A stretch of DNA of 64,000 bases, from contig CAVTLK010000002.1 in NCBI GenBank assembly GCA_963735595.1, positions 512,001-576,000 of the forward strand, read 5' to 3'. Below are positions 44,135-55,811 of this stretch, piece after piece. Below the pieces are notes generated by a model. The model was given only the letters and a program-made list of their open reading frames with translations, did no database searches and was not told where the DNA came from. This DNA is from an uncultured delta proteobacterium. GTDB taxonomy: Bacteria; Desulfobacterota; Zymogenia; Zymogenales; Zymogenaceae. The first letter of the stretch is position 1. Each line of letters opens with the position of its first letter. The position numbers were made by a program, and so were the translations under genes.

Positions 44135-45907
44135 ATGTCCCGTCTGAAGCGAACACACTACTGCGGCCTGGTCACCAGGAAAGAGTCCGGCGCCACCGTC
44201 GTTCTCATGGGATGGGTCGCCCGCCGGCGCGACCACGGCGGCGTCATCTTCGTCGACCTGCGCGACCGGACGGGAACCGCCCAGGTCGTCTTCAATCCCG
44301 ACCACCACCAGGAGTGCCACGAAGCAGCCCATCGGCTGCGCAGCGAATTCGTCATCGGCATCAAGGGCGCCGTACGGGAGCGGCCCGAGGGGATGGTTAA
44401 TACCCAGCTGCTGACCGGCGAAATCGAGGTGCTGGCCGACGAAATCGTGATATACAACGAGGCGGAGCTGCCGCCGTTCATGATAGACGAGTACGTCACC
44501 GTGGCCGAGAACCTCCGGCTCAAGTACCGCTATCTCGACCTCCGCAGGCCGGAGATGCAGAAGAACCTGATACTGCGCCACCGGGCCGCCATGAACATCA
44601 GGAATCACCTGTCGCAGGAAGGCTTCCTCGATATCGAGACGCCCTTTTTGACCAAGAGTACCCCGGAGGGCGCCCGGGACTACCTCGTCCCCAGCCGAGT
44701 GAACCCCGGCAAATTCTACGCGCTGCCCCAGTCCCCCCAGATATTCAAACAGATCCTCATGGTGTCCGGATTTGACCGCTATTTTCAGATCGTCAAATGC
44801 TTCCGGGACGAGGACCTCCGCGCGGACCGGCAGCCGGAATTTACGCAGGTCGATATCGAGATGAGCTTCGTGGACGTGGACGACATCATTGCGATGACGG
44901 AAAAGCTCATCGCGAACCTCTTTACGGAAGTCGCCGGGATCGACCTGAAAACGCCCTTTACCCGCATCACCTACAAGGAGGCGCGGGACCAATACGGGAT
45001 CGATAAGCCGGACCTCCGGTTCGGGCTGCCGCTCTGCGACGTAACCGAAGAGCTGGGTAGAGGCGATTTCAAGGTCTTCTCCGAGGCGGTGGCAAACGGC
45101 GGGATCATCAAGACGCTCAGGGTGCCCGCGAGCGATGCGCTGACGCGAAAGGAGCTTGACGACACGGTCGCCTTTGCCCAGGGACGCGGCGCCAAGGGCC
45201 TGGCCTGGGCGCGGGTTGGTGAGAACGGCTGGCAGTCGCCCATCGCGAAGTTCCTGTCGCCCGAGCAGATCGCCGCTGTCCAGAAGAAGACCGGCGCGGG
45301 CATTACCGGGATACCCTCTTTTTCATGGCCGACGAGCCGGATATCGCCGACGACGTGCTGGCAAACCTCCGGCTGAAGATGGGCGAGCCGTTTCGGCCTG
45401 ATAGACAAGGACGCCTTTTCGTTCGTCTGGGTGGTCGATTTCCCCCTGTTCGAGTATTCCGCCGAGGAAAAGCGCTACGTGTCCAAGCACCACCCCTTTA
45501 CCTCGCCGATGGACGATGACATTGAGCTGCTCGCGACCGCAAAAGAGCGCGCCCGGGCCAAGGCCTACGACATCGTGCTCAACGGCAACGAGATCGGGGG
45601 CGGGAGCATCAGGATATTTGACCCCGCGGTACAGCGACGGCTCTTTTCGGCCCTCGGCATCGGCGACGAGGAGGCCCAGGAGAAGTTCGGCTTCCTGATC
45701 GAGGCGCTGAGTTACGGGGCGCCGCCCCACGGCGGGATCGCGCTGGGTTTCGACCGGCTGGTGATGCTGATGTGCGGGGCGGAGTCCATCCGGGACGTCA
45801 TCGCGTTTCCGAAGACCCAGAAGGTCACCTGCCTCATGTCCGGCGCGCCCGACTCGGTCGACAAGAAGCAGCTCAAGGAGCTGTCCATTAAAATCGATTT
45901 GGGATAG
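44135..45907 (+). CDS. aspS: Aspartate-tRNA ligase (frameshifts near 45300-45400)
   Basis: [60 protein letters not shown]. Confidence 0.96.
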
Positions 45908-45949
45908 GACCGGAAGTCACCGATTGCCGGTCCTATCCGGTTTGATATT

Positions 45950-45985
45950 GTCATCGCGAGGGCCCGAAGGGCCCGTGGCGATCTC
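45950..45985 (+). repeat. GTCATYGCGAG-type palindromic repeat
   Basis: GTCATCGCGAGGGCCCGAAGGGCCCGTGGCGATC; reverse-complement match at about 17912-17947. Confidence 0.72.
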
Positions 45986-46040
45986 GGCCTTTCTATAGAG
46001 CAAGGGCCTTAGGGGCGTTACGGTTTGCAATAGGAATCGC

Positions 46041-47308
46041 ATGGGACTGACGCTGGCCGAAAAGATATTGTCCGAAAAGGCGGGTAACGACCGTCGCTCC
46101 CCGGCCAGATCGTGCTGATCGACGTGGACCTGGCGCTGGCCCAGGACGGCACGGGGCCGCTGGCCATCAACAGCGTACGGGAGCTTTCGCTCGGCAAAGC
46201 TGCGCATGCCGCGCGCGGCGGTCTTCTTCATCGACCACGCGGCCCCCAGCCCCCGAAAAGAACTCTCCAACGACCACATCACGATCCGAAAATTCGCCAA
46301 GCGAAACCGGCGCGCACCGTCTATGACGTCGGTCAGGGCGTCTGCCATCAGATCATGGCCGAGGACTTCGTCTGCCCCGGCGACGTGGTTATCGGTGCGG
46401 ACTCCCACACCGTGACGGCAGGGGGAATTGCGCGCGTTTGCCACCGGCATGGGCTCCACCGACGTGGCCGTCGGCATGGCCACGGGGGCAAACTGGTTTT
46501 TAGTGCCCGAGACCGATCAGGATCGAGGTGACGGGGGATCTGCCCTTCGGCGTCTACCCGAAAGACCTGATCCTCCATCTTATCGGCATGATCGGCGCGG
46601 ACGGCGCCACCTACATGGCCCTGGAGTTCGGGGGAACGACCATCGACCGAATGGAGATGTCCGGCCGCCTGACGCTGGCTAATATGGCCGTGGAGGCCGG
46701 GGCCAAGGTCGGGCCTGGTCGCCTCCGACGAGTATCACCCGGGACTACCTCGAAAAGGCCGGCCGGGCCGACTGCTGGCGGGAGATCCGGCCGGACAAAG
46801 ACGCCGTCTACAAGCGCGTCGTGACGATCGACGCCGCGACGCTCCTTCCCACGGTGTCGCTGCCCCACACGGTGGACAACACGCGCACGATCGACGAGGT
46901 CGGGGAGGTCAAGGTCGACCAGGTCTTCATCGGCAGCTGCACCAACGGAAGGATCGAGGACCTCCGGGTCGCCGCGACAATCCTCAAGGGAAGGACAAAG
47001 GCGCCGGCAACGTGCGCCTCATCGTCATCCCGGCCTCGCGAAAGGTCTATGCCGACGCGCTTTCCGAAGGGCTGATCTCGATATTCGTCGAGGCCGGCGC
47101 GGCCGTCATGGCGCCCGGCTGCGGGCCGTGCGTGGGCGTCCACGAGGGCGTCCTGGGCGACGGCGAGGTCTGCCTGTCCACCCAGAACCGCAACTTCACC
47201 GGCCGCATGGGAAACCCCGATTCCTTCATCTATCTTGCCTCACCGGCAACCGCGGCGGCCTCGGCCGTCGAGGGCAAGATCGCCGACCCGAGGAAGTATC
47301 TAAAATAG
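46041..47308 (+). CDS. leuC: 3-isopropylmalate dehydratase/homoaconitase large subunit, short type (frameshifted)
   Basis: [55 protein letters not shown]. Confidence 0.82.
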
Positions 47309-47445
47309 CCTTTTCCCCGTAATCTAAATACACTCCAGACGACAACCCAAATTATACGTTACCTTCATTGTCAACGAGCGTCTTTCCTTGATTTTCGCGA
47401 TAGATTTGGTAGAATATAAACAATATATAGAGATCGGTAGTATAA

Positions 47446-47763
47446 ATGACCCGGATAGAAAACCCCATATTAAACACGCTGACCGCCCATATGCAGATCA
47501 TGAGTAGTCGTTTCGGCGTGCGTAGGATCGGGCTGTTCGGCTCGCACGTCCGCGGCGAGGCGGACCGAACAAGCGATATCGACGTCCTGGTCGAATTCGA
47601 GGAGCCGACATTCGACCGTTACATGGATCTGAAGTTCTTTCTTGAAGAGACGTTCGGTGTTGCCGTGGATGTCGTACTCGCCGACACGCTTAAACCGCGC
47701 CTGAAGCCGTATATCATGGATGAGGTCGTTTATGCCGAGGGATCCCCGCGTATATCTCGATGA
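47446..47763 (+). CDS. Minimal nucleotidyltransferase (MNT) antitoxin
   Basis: LFGSHVRGEADRTSDIDVLVEF (GS-x10-DxD); overlaps the next gene. Confidence 0.9.
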   Translation: MTRIENPILNTLTAHMQIMSSRFGVRRIGLFGSHVRGEADRTSDIDVLVEFEEPTFDRYMDLKFFLEETFGVAVDVVLADTLKPRLKPYIMDEVVYAEGSPRISR

Positions 47764-48109
47764 TATTCTTGAGGCTATAACACAGATTGAGTCCTATGTC
47801 TCAGGGATGGATATTGAGTCGTTTTCGAGGGACAGGAAAACGATCGACGCGGTTATCAGAAACCTTGAGATCATCGGCGAAGCGGCGCGGGCGCTGCCGG
47901 ACGACATAAAGGGTAGGACTTCGGGCATCGAATGGCACAAGATGGTCGGGTTAAGAAATATCCTGATCCATGAGTACTTCGGAGTGAACACGGCGATCGT
48001 CTGGGACATCATAACCAACAAACTGAGTACCATTAAACGGGAAATCCGGAAAGTTGTGGACGTAATCCGCGGTGAAATCTCGGAACGCCCGTCTTCTATC
48101 GTAAGTTAG
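47732..48109 (+). CDS. HEPN (DUF86/HepT-like) RNase toxin
   Basis: AVIRNLEIIGEAA and RNILIHEYFG (Rx4H). Confidence 0.9.
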   Translation: MPRDPRVYLDDILEAITQIESYVSGMDIESFSRDRKTIDAVIRNLEIIGEAARALPDDIKGRTSGIEWHKMVGLRNILIHEYFGVNTAIVWDIITNKLSTIKREIRKVVDVIRGEISERPSSIVS

Positions 48110-48294
48110 AATCCCTCGATTCACAAGCAACATCTTCATCATCTAAAACGAGAAAACAAGGCCGGTGTGACGGTCACGTTCTGGGGATTTGCCCGGATCG
48201 GCGTTCGGCTGACGTCGGTCAACGTGCTAGTGTATCGGCTATTTCTGGGGTAGGGCGTGTCGTAAAAGATAATCGGGAGATAGGATCCTCACGT

Positions 48295-48377
48295 GAATTA
48301 AGGGGACACCATATTTAGTTAATTGAATTACCGTTTAAGTTAAGGAACAATAATTAAGTATGGTGTCCCCTTAATTC
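48295..48377. repeat. 83-bp element with perfect 19-bp terminal inverted repeats
   Basis: GAATTAAGGGGACACCATA ... TATGGTGTCCCCTTAATTC around an AT-rich core. Confidence 0.82.
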
Positions 48378-48390
48378 TCCAGTAATGACG

Positions 48391-48425
48391 AAAAAAAACG
48401 GGCGGCATATTGCGCCGCCCGGTTT
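48391..48425 (-). terminator. Intrinsic terminator
   Basis: CGGGCGGC...GCCGCCCG hairpin with an A8 run (T8 on the minus strand), downstream of the acyltransferase. Confidence 0.72.
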
Positions 48426-48445
48426 AATTTCAGTCTCGTCAGTAT

Positions 48446-49247
48446 CTATTTCTTCCCCGATGCCCCCGCGAAGCCTGCTTCGTGGGGCGGCTCTATCGCG
48501 TACTCGTCCAGCCCACGCTGGATGGTCCCCTTGACGTCCTCGATCAGCTTGTCGAGCTGGTCCTGCCCGTATTTGAGGATATCCACCGGCTTGTGGATGA
48601 CGAGGTCGGCCGTTCCCGGGAAGAGCTTGAGGCTCTTTGCCTTCAGGATCTTTTCGGTATTGACCACCGAGATCGGCAGGATCGGCAGTTTCAGTTCCTG
48701 GGCCATGCGGAAGGCGCCCTTCTTGAACTCGCCGAGCTTCCCGGAGATGCTACGGGTGCCCTCGGCAAAGAAGAGGACCGAGGTGCCGTTCTTGATGCGG
48801 TCGGCGGCCGCCTTCATCGAGGCGATGGCCGAGTCGATGTTCTTGCGGTCGATGACGATAAACTCGCCGCCCTTCTCGCAGGCGTAGCCGAAGATCGGGA
48901 TCTTCCTCAGCTCCCGTTTCATCACCCACCTGATATCGAGCCCCGACCAGCCGCAGATCACCAGCGGGTCGTAGTGGCTCTGGTGGTTAGACACCACCAC
49001 GTAGGACTGGTTCTTGTCGATGTTCTCTTTCCCGAAGACCTTCACCCGGATCGGCGTGAGGTAGCTGCAACACCCGCGCGTACCCGACGGCGCAGAACTT
49101 GCTCGCTATCCGGGCGTTTGATACGACCCGGATCGGCATCGCGAGCGAGCCGAAAAAGGACGTTGCGGCTACGACGGTGGGGGCAAACACGATGTACTTA
49201 TAAGGCTGGTAGAGAACGTATAAGACCTTCCGATAAAACGCTTTCAT
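48446..49247 (-). CDS. 1-acyl-sn-glycerol-3-phosphate acyltransferase family (frameshift near 49060)
   Basis: SNHQSHYD, FAEGTRS, FKKGAF; N-terminus in ORF 48987-49247. Confidence 0.88.
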
Positions 49248-49335
49248 GGGGGTACCCCGCTAATTTATAGTCAATTATACCGCACATCGATGTAAAATAT
49301 ACTATAATTATTATACAGCCCCGGAGTGGAGGCGA

Positions 49336-50180
49336 TTACCGGTTCGGCGAGTTGGTTAACATCATCCCGGCGATCTCCTTGACGACCTTGGCCGTCGCGT
49401 AGGCCGTTATCTGCAGGGGGTCGCGGGCGGGATTCATCTCCACGACGTCGGCCCCGACGATGGGGCAGGCGATCGCGTGGATGACCGAGAGCGCCTGACG
49501 GGTCGTGAGGCCGCCCGCCCTCCGGGTGGGATACGCCCGGCGCGAAGGCCGGGTCCAGCGCGTCCAGGTCAAACGAGACGTAGAGCGGGCCGGAGAGGCC
49601 GAGGCGGAGCGGCTCCGCGAAGTCCTTCATCATATAGACCTCGATCCCGAAGCGGGCGGCCTGCTCCGCCTGGTGCGCGGTCATCGTCCGTATACCGACG
49701 GAGACGAGGCGGGCCGCGAGCCCTTCCTCCATGATACGGGCAAAGGGGCAGGCGTGGGAGGATGCGGCTGCCGGCAAATTCGTCATACGTGTCGGGGTGC
49801 GCGTCAAAATGGAGGATCGTCAGGCCGGGGCAGGCCGCGGCAATGCCCCGAACGGCGGGCCAGGTCACGAAATGGTCGCCGCCGAGGAATATCGGCAGTC
49901 CGCCGTCGGCGGCGGCAGCCGCCGCGGCGACGATCGCTTCGAAGTCGTCCGCGCCGTCAAAGACGACGTCTCCCGCGTCCATTATTAGGTCGCGCGAGGA
50001 AAGGTCGTGGCCGTTCTCTGTGAATAGATTTGCCGAATCCGAAAAGAGGGCGCGGCGTATCGCGGCAGGCCCATCGGCACTGCCTCTCAGGAATGACGAG
50101 TTCTTATCGTGGGGAAGGCCAACGAGCCTCACCCGGGCCGATCGGTTATCGGCGATCTTTTGCGCGTACGGCTGCATCAT
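49336..50180 (-). CDS. Agmatinase/arginase-family ureohydrolase (frameshifted)
   Basis: GPAAIR, LGGDH, HFDAHPD, SHACPF, FDLDALDPAFAPGVSH, DVVEMNP. Confidence 0.88.
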
Positions 50181-50356
50181 AGATAACTCCCTGTCTTAGT
50201 CTGCTGCCGGGTGAACCAGGTCGAGTATACCAGTGTTTGCGCGAGGATACAATGGGGGCGGCTGGGCGGGCGGAAGATTTCCCGCCATCCCGGGCGTCCG
50301 TTACGGCGGCAGATGCATCTAACTAAGACAGAAGACAATTATGATGGAGAAATAGA

Positions 50357-51233
50357 ATGAAAAGAACCTATCCCTACGGAATGGGGCCGGTGAAGCTCGT
50401 TTCGGCCGAGTGGCTGGCGGAACGCCTCGCCGACAAGAAGCTCGTTATCGTGGATACGCAGCCGAACATCCATGACTACATCCTTGAGCACATCCCCGGC
50501 GCGATCTATCTCAACGAGGGTCTCTTCCGCACGTACGAAGGGTCGCTCCCCACGGTATGGGTGCGGCCCGAGATCGTCGAATCCGTCCTGGGCAACGCCG
50601 GTATCGAGCCAGCGACGCCGGTGGTCGTGTACACCGGCGTGGGGCAGTACAAGAAATGGGGGGACGGGCTGGAACAGACGATGGTCGCCTACACGCTGGC
50701 CCGGTACGGCGCCGAGAATGTCTACGTCCTTGACGGCGGGCTCGACCAGTGGAAGAATGAAGGACGGCCGCTCTCCCAGGAATACCCGGCGGTGACGAAA
50801 ACGAGCTTCAAGTCGTCGGTCAAAAGGGACTTCTTCGTCACCTACGAGGAATTCCTGAAGCTGAAGGATCGGGACGGCGTGATCGTGCTGGATGCGCGGC
50901 CCACGGCCGTCTACGAGGGGCAGGGGGTCTGGCCGAAGCCCGGCCACATCCCCGGCGCGGTCAACCTCCCCTGGCCTTCCCTCATGGACGACGACAACAG
51001 GGCGCTCCTCAAACCGGAAGGGGAGGTCGCCGCAATCCTCGAAAAGGCGGGCGTTACCCCGGACAAGACAATCATCTGTACCTGCGGCACCGGAAGGGAG
51101 GCGACCAACCAGTTTATCCTGTTGCGGTCATACCTGGGATTCAGGGACGTGAAGATATATGAGGGGAGCTTTACCGAGTGGGTCCAGGTCCCGGGCAATA
51201 AGACGGTAACGGGAACAGAACCCCGGGCGATAG
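50357..51233 (+). CDS. Two-domain rhodanese-family sulfurtransferase (true stop probably near 51233)
   Basis: HIPGA twice, LDGG, active-site CGTGREA, YEGSFTEW. The ORF track reads through a terminator to 51376. Confidence 0.88.
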
Positions 51234-51253
51234 TCTGTACAAACGCGGTCACG

Positions 51254-51290
51254 AAAAGAAACGCGGCGGGTTTTGACCCGCCGCGTCTTT
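51254..51290. terminator. Bidirectional terminator between convergent genes
   Basis: AAAGAAACGCGGCGGG-TTTTGA-CCCGCCGCGTCTTT. Confidence 0.7.
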
Positions 51291-51335
51291 ACTATCTCCG
51301 TTCGACAGCCTCAGCGGACACGCCGCCCGGCCGTA

Positions 51336-52138
51336 TCAGGCGATCTTCTTACCGGCAAGCGGCGGCGAGGAGCTGAATGCCTCCGTGAGGACGATCCTGC
51401 CGAATGTGCCGTTGAACGAATCGACGGTGCCCTTGACCTGGTAGACGATCGGGTCCATGGTGAGGACCATCACCGCCACGTGCTGCCCGTTTTTCAGGCG
51501 GGCGAGGTCGGTGTTGTAGCTCGAAACGGCAAACGCAAGCGACCGCCGGTCGATCGGGTAGACCGACATCGCCGGCGAGACGAAGGGATACGGCTTCGCC
51601 CTCGGGGATATAGGCAATGGCCTTGATCGCCTGCATCTGGTCGTATTTCTTCTTGACGGTTAGCGGTATCTCGACGCCGGCGCCGTCTCTAAAGCGGCGC
51701 ATCCTGGTCTTCACGGAAACGAGTTCCTTGACGATGGTGAGCTTTCCGATCTGGTCGCGCTGAAAGCTGCGTCTTGACGGCGATCGTACCGGCCTTTCTG
51801 ATCTTCGTGTACGCGTTGTAGCGGAACATGTCGTTGTAGGAAATCTTGTCGAAATAGGGCCCCTTGTTGACCCAGTCCCCGTTGAAATCTCCGGTAGCCT
51901 GGGCAAACGAAAGACCGAGATTGACGGCCAGCAGCCCGACCTTCTTGTTATGTTTCAGGTTTTCCTGGGTCTTGACCATCAGGAACTCGCCGAAGATCAG
52001 GAAGTCGGATTCCGGCTTCCAGGTATCGATCGAGGCAACAAAGGAGACGTTGGGCCTGTTGTCCGGGCCAACCGTCGCCATGAATTTTGCGATCATCGGC
52101 TCCGAATAGAGGTCATAGAATTCTTTCGGAAGCGCCAT
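51336..52138 (-). CDS. Tandem pyridoxamine-5'-phosphate-oxidase-like (split-barrel) protein (frameshifted)
   Basis: AKFMATVGPDNRPNVS...KTQENLKHNKKV, then a second barrel (IKAIAY...YQVKG...FSSSPPLAG). Confidence 0.7.
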
Positions 52139-52178
52139 ATGAATCCTCCCCGCTGATAATAGGCTAGTATATAGCCGG

Positions 52179-53108
52179 CTATTGCTCGATACGGGTGGCC
52201 CCCGTCCAATGGACGTCGGGCACTCCCTCTTTTTGGGCGATGTCGGCAAGCCGCTCCATCTGCTCTTCGGTCACGAGCGGCGTCTTTTCCAGCTGGAATA
52301 TCCTGTCCATCCGCTTATACTTGCTGCCGCACAGGTTGTTGAACGCCAGAAGCTCGTAGCGGACTACCGCCGGCATTTTTTGCGCGATAAACCGGGAGAC
52401 GGCGCGGATATTGTCGTCGTCGTCGGTGTATCCGGGAATGACGGCGTGCGCACCCATATCGGGATGCTGCCCTTCCCGAAGGCCTCGGCATTGGCCAGGA
52501 TGTTCTTTGTCCCCAGGCCGGCGGCCTGCCGGTGACGCTCGTCGTCCATCAGTCTTGAGGTCAAACAGGATGAGGTCGGTGTGGGGCAGGATGTCTCGTA
52601 GGCCTTCGGGGCGAACGCGCCGCATGTGTCTATCGCGGTGGCAATGCCGGCGCCCTTGCAGAGCCTGAGCAATTGGGCGGCCGCCTCGGGCTGCATGGCG
52701 GCGTCTCCCCCCCCAAGGGTCACCCCGCCCCCGGAATTCCGATAGAAGGCCTCGTCCTTTTTCACCTCGTCAAAGAGCTGTTCGGGCGTATAGGTCTTCC
52801 CGATGACCTCGAGCGCCGCCGCGGGACACGCCGTCTCGCATTTACCGCAGGCGGTGCAGAGTTTCCGGTCGATCTTCATGCCGTCAGGCGTCAGGGTTGA
52901 GCGCGTTCTCGGGACAGGCGGCGAGACAGTCGCGCGCCCCGATGCACCGGACATCGTACCACATCAGCTCCGGCTTCGGCGATATGCCCTCCGGGTTATG
53001 GCACCAGATGCAGGAGAGGGGACAGCCTTTGAAGAATACCGTCGTCCTGATCCCCGGGCCGTCCTCCGTGGAAAACCGCTGAATGTTGAAAACTATCGCG
53101 TCCGTCAC
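52179..53108 (-). CDS. Glycyl-radical enzyme activase with ferredoxin insert (frameshifted)
   Basis: DGPGIRTTVFFKGCPLSCIWCHNPEG, CIGARDCLAACP, CTACGKCETACP, GGVTLGGG. Confidence 0.92.
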
Positions 53109-53114
53109 GAAACG

Positions 53115-55517
53115 TTACAGCTCCTTTGCCACCCGTGCGATGATTTCGTCCTGGATTTCCCGCCCGATGGAGACAAAGTAGGCGTTGTAACCGGTAACGC
53201 GCACGATCAGGTTCTTATAGTCGTCGGGGTTGTCCTGCGCCCTCTTGAGGGTTTCGGAATCGATCACGTTGATCTGCAGCGCCGTCCCGCCCTTTTCGTT
53301 GTAGGTCCTCAAGAACGACATCAGCTTTTCCAGCCGCTCCTTATCCTTGACAAGGGACGGAGAGAAGCTGATGGTGTGGGAGTCGCCGTTGGGGATCGTC
53401 TCCAGGCCGAGCTTGCCGACGCTCATGGTGACGGCCGTCGGTCCGCGCGAGTCGGCCCCGTTGACCGGGCAGACGCCGTTGGAGAGAAAAGACCCGCGCT
53501 TGCGGCCGTCCGGCGTTGCCGCCGTCGAGGGGGCGTACGCTATCCAGTAGTTCCAGGAAAGGTAGCCCGCCCGGTACTTGCGGCCGGTGACGGGCGACGT
53601 ATAGTGCGTGGTCTCGGTGCTCCAGTACTGGGAGATTTCCTTGGCGATGGAGTCGGCATAGTCGTCGTCGTTGCCGTATTTCGGGGCCTTGTTGATGAGG
53701 GTCTGGCGCAGCTTCTCGTGGCCCTCGAAGTTATCTCCGATTGCCGTTAACAGCTCGTCCATGCTGATACGTTTGTCCTCAAAGACGAGCTTCTTAACGG
53801 CTATCAGCGAGTCGGCCGCGGTGGCAAGGGCGATCCCCTCCACGGTGACGTAGTTATGCTCGGCACCGCCGTTATTGACGTCTTTCCCCTTTTTCTCGCA
53901 CCCGTCCACCAGGGTCGAGAGGTAGACGGTGGGCTGGTATGTCGCCCGCCACTGGTCGGAGATGTTGTATATCTCGATGAGCTCTTTCATGAGCGCGGAT
54001 AGCTGCTTTTTGAAGGCCGCCATGAACTGGCCGAAGTTTTTGAATTTCCTCGGGTCGCCCGTCCGCGGACCGGCGCGACGGCCGGTCTTCATGTCTTTGC
54101 CGTTGTTGAGGGTGAGCTCCACGGCTTTGGCGATGTTCATGTTCACGTCCACGGTGCCGGAGCGGTCGTTACCCTGGAGCGTATTTTCGAGGCACCCCAC
54201 GGGGGCGTAGTCCCAGAGCTTGTCCTCGGGCAGGCCGATCCACTTGAGAGAGCGCATGGAGTTTTCGTCAAAATTGATGAGGAACGGCGAACCCTGCGTC
54301 TCGATGATCAGCTCGGCGATCCGGCGAAGGAGCTTATCCGGCGTCTTGGCATGGATGCGGACGTTGGGCTTGGGCTCCAGCATGTTCATCTCTTCGATGA
54401 TGTCCAGCATCAGCCAGGTCAGGTCGTTGGAGGCGTCCTCACCCTTTTCGTTGATCCCCCCCAGCGTGATGAGCTGTCCGAATCCCGCCGTGATACCCTG
54501 GTTTTCGCCGATGCGGCCCTGGAAATCGTAGGCGTAGTTGTTCTTGATCCAGTAGCAGTCCAGGAGCTCCTTGGCCCATTCGCGGGTGATCTTCCCGGAC
54601 TCGATGTCATTCCGGTAGAAGGGATAGAGGTACTGGTCGATGCGGCCGGGTGAAAGCCCGGGGCCGGGGTAGGATTCGTCGGTCATGACCAGCATATGGG
54701 TCATCCAGAGAGACTGCAGGGCCTCGTGAAACGACCCCGCGGGCTCCCAGGGGACCTTCCGGGCGATCCGGGCGATATCGAGGAGCTCTTCCCTGCGCGT
54801 TCTGTCGGTCGTTTTGGCGGCCTGCTTTTCAGCGGCTTCAGCGTACCTGTCCGAGAGGACCTTCGGCACCTCGGCGGCGATGATCATCGCCTCGAGGTAA
54901 TCGATCTTGGCGCGGTCGCGCGTCCCGGCGATTTCGGCCTTGTAGGACTCGGTCAATCCCTTGAATCCCTGTTGGAGGACCTTCTTATAATTCGGGATCA
55001 GGTGGCCCGGCGTAACGCCGGAGTTGCCGAGGCCCAGCTCGTTGGCCCGTTTGGCGCGTTTCCACCAGGCGTCGTGGAGCTTCTTGGCCTTCTTGGCCTC
55101 GGCCTTCGAATGGGAGCGGGTAAGGGCGGTGTTGAACTGGCCGCCGACGATCAGCTCTCCATCGAGGATCTGGACCGGGAGGTATTTTTCCACGACGATC
55201 TTGAGGAAGGTCGCCCGCCGCTTTTCCAGGGACATGGCAAAAAAACCTTCCGGCACCTCGACCTTCTGGGCGCACGCCAGGAGGCTGTCGGCAAAGCAGG
55301 GCATGAAGGGATATACGTCCGGGACGACCGCGAAATGATGATACGGGAAGACGTCATCCCACTCGGTTCCGGTGGTAAAAGGCATGACCTCGTTCTGGAA
55401 GTAGGGCCTGCCGTAGAAATTGAAGTATTCGTCCCTGAGCCTCTTGACACGGGGCGATAGTTTTTCTGATGCCGACCATATCTGGTCCTTGGTGACGGCG
55501 CACGATGCGTGTGCCAT
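53115..55517 (-). CDS. Glycyl-radical enzyme of unassigned specificity (PFL-like family)
   Basis: 800 aa; Cys loop PVGCLE; Gly loop LIVRVTGYNAYF; activase directly downstream. Confidence 0.92.
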   Translation of the reverse strand: MAHASCAVTKDQIWSASEKLSPRVKRLRDEYFNFYGRPYFQNEVMPFTTGTEWDDVFPYHHFAVVPDVYPFMPCFADSLLACAQKVEVPEGFFAMSLEKRRATFLKIVVEKYLPVQILDGELIVGGQFNTALTRSHSKAEAKKAKKLHDAWWKRAKRANELGLGNSGVTPGHLIPNYKKVLQQGFKGLTESYKAEIAGTRDRAKIDYLEAMIIAAEVPKVLSDRYAEAAEKQAAKTTDRTRREELLDIARIARKVPWEPAGSFHEALQSLWMTHMLVMTDESYPGPGLSPGRIDQYLYPFYRNDIESGKITREWAKELLDCYWIKNNYAYDFQGRIGENQGITAGFGQLITLGGINEKGEDASNDLTWLMLDIIEEMNMLEPKPNVRIHAKTPDKLLRRIAELIIETQGSPFLINFDENSMRSLKWIGLPEDKLWDYAPVGCLENTLQGNDRSGTVDVNMNIAKAVELTLNNGKDMKTGRRAGPRTGDPRKFKNFGQFMAAFKKQLSALMKELIEIYNISDQWRATYQPTVYLSTLVDGCEKKGKDVNNGGAEHNYVTVEGIALATAADSLIAVKKLVFEDKRISMDELLTAIGDNFEGHEKLRQTLINKAPKYGNDDDYADSIAKEISQYWSTETTHYTSPVTGRKYRAGYLSWNYWIAYAPSTAATPDGRKRGSFLSNGVCPVNGADSRGPTAVTMSVGKLGLETIPNGDSHTISFSPSLVKDKERLEKLMSFLRTYNEKGGTALQINVIDSETLKRAQDNPDDYKNLIVRVTGYNAYFVSIGREIQDEIIARVAKEL

Positions 55518-55811
55518 GACTCCCTCCTCTTTGTGGGGTCCGCGCGATTAAATCATTACGAATGCAATATAGTTAATTCTACCCCGGAATGCGGCATTAC
55601 GCAACGGTATTCACGCGCTATTTCTCTTTTTCAGCAGACCAGCCTATGATAGAATATCCGTGAAAAACTTTCAACAGAAAAAGGTGGGTAACGCTCACAA
55701 TAATAAGAAGGCCGCTTGAATGTGCCGGCCGGTGAGGCCGCCTGGAAATGGCCCCACGGTCTTCTTTTCGAATAGCGGCCCGCCCCCGAAAGGGAATGAA
55801 AGGCTCTACCA

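Noticed and set aside
51234..51376. C-terminal extension of the rhodanese ORF
   Set aside because: Runs through a terminator hairpin and overlaps the convergent gene; probably a stop lost to an indel
53115..55517. Annotation as pyruvate formate-lyase (pflB)
   Set aside because: Single-Cys GCLE loop instead of adjacent CC, and the activase has a ferredoxin insert
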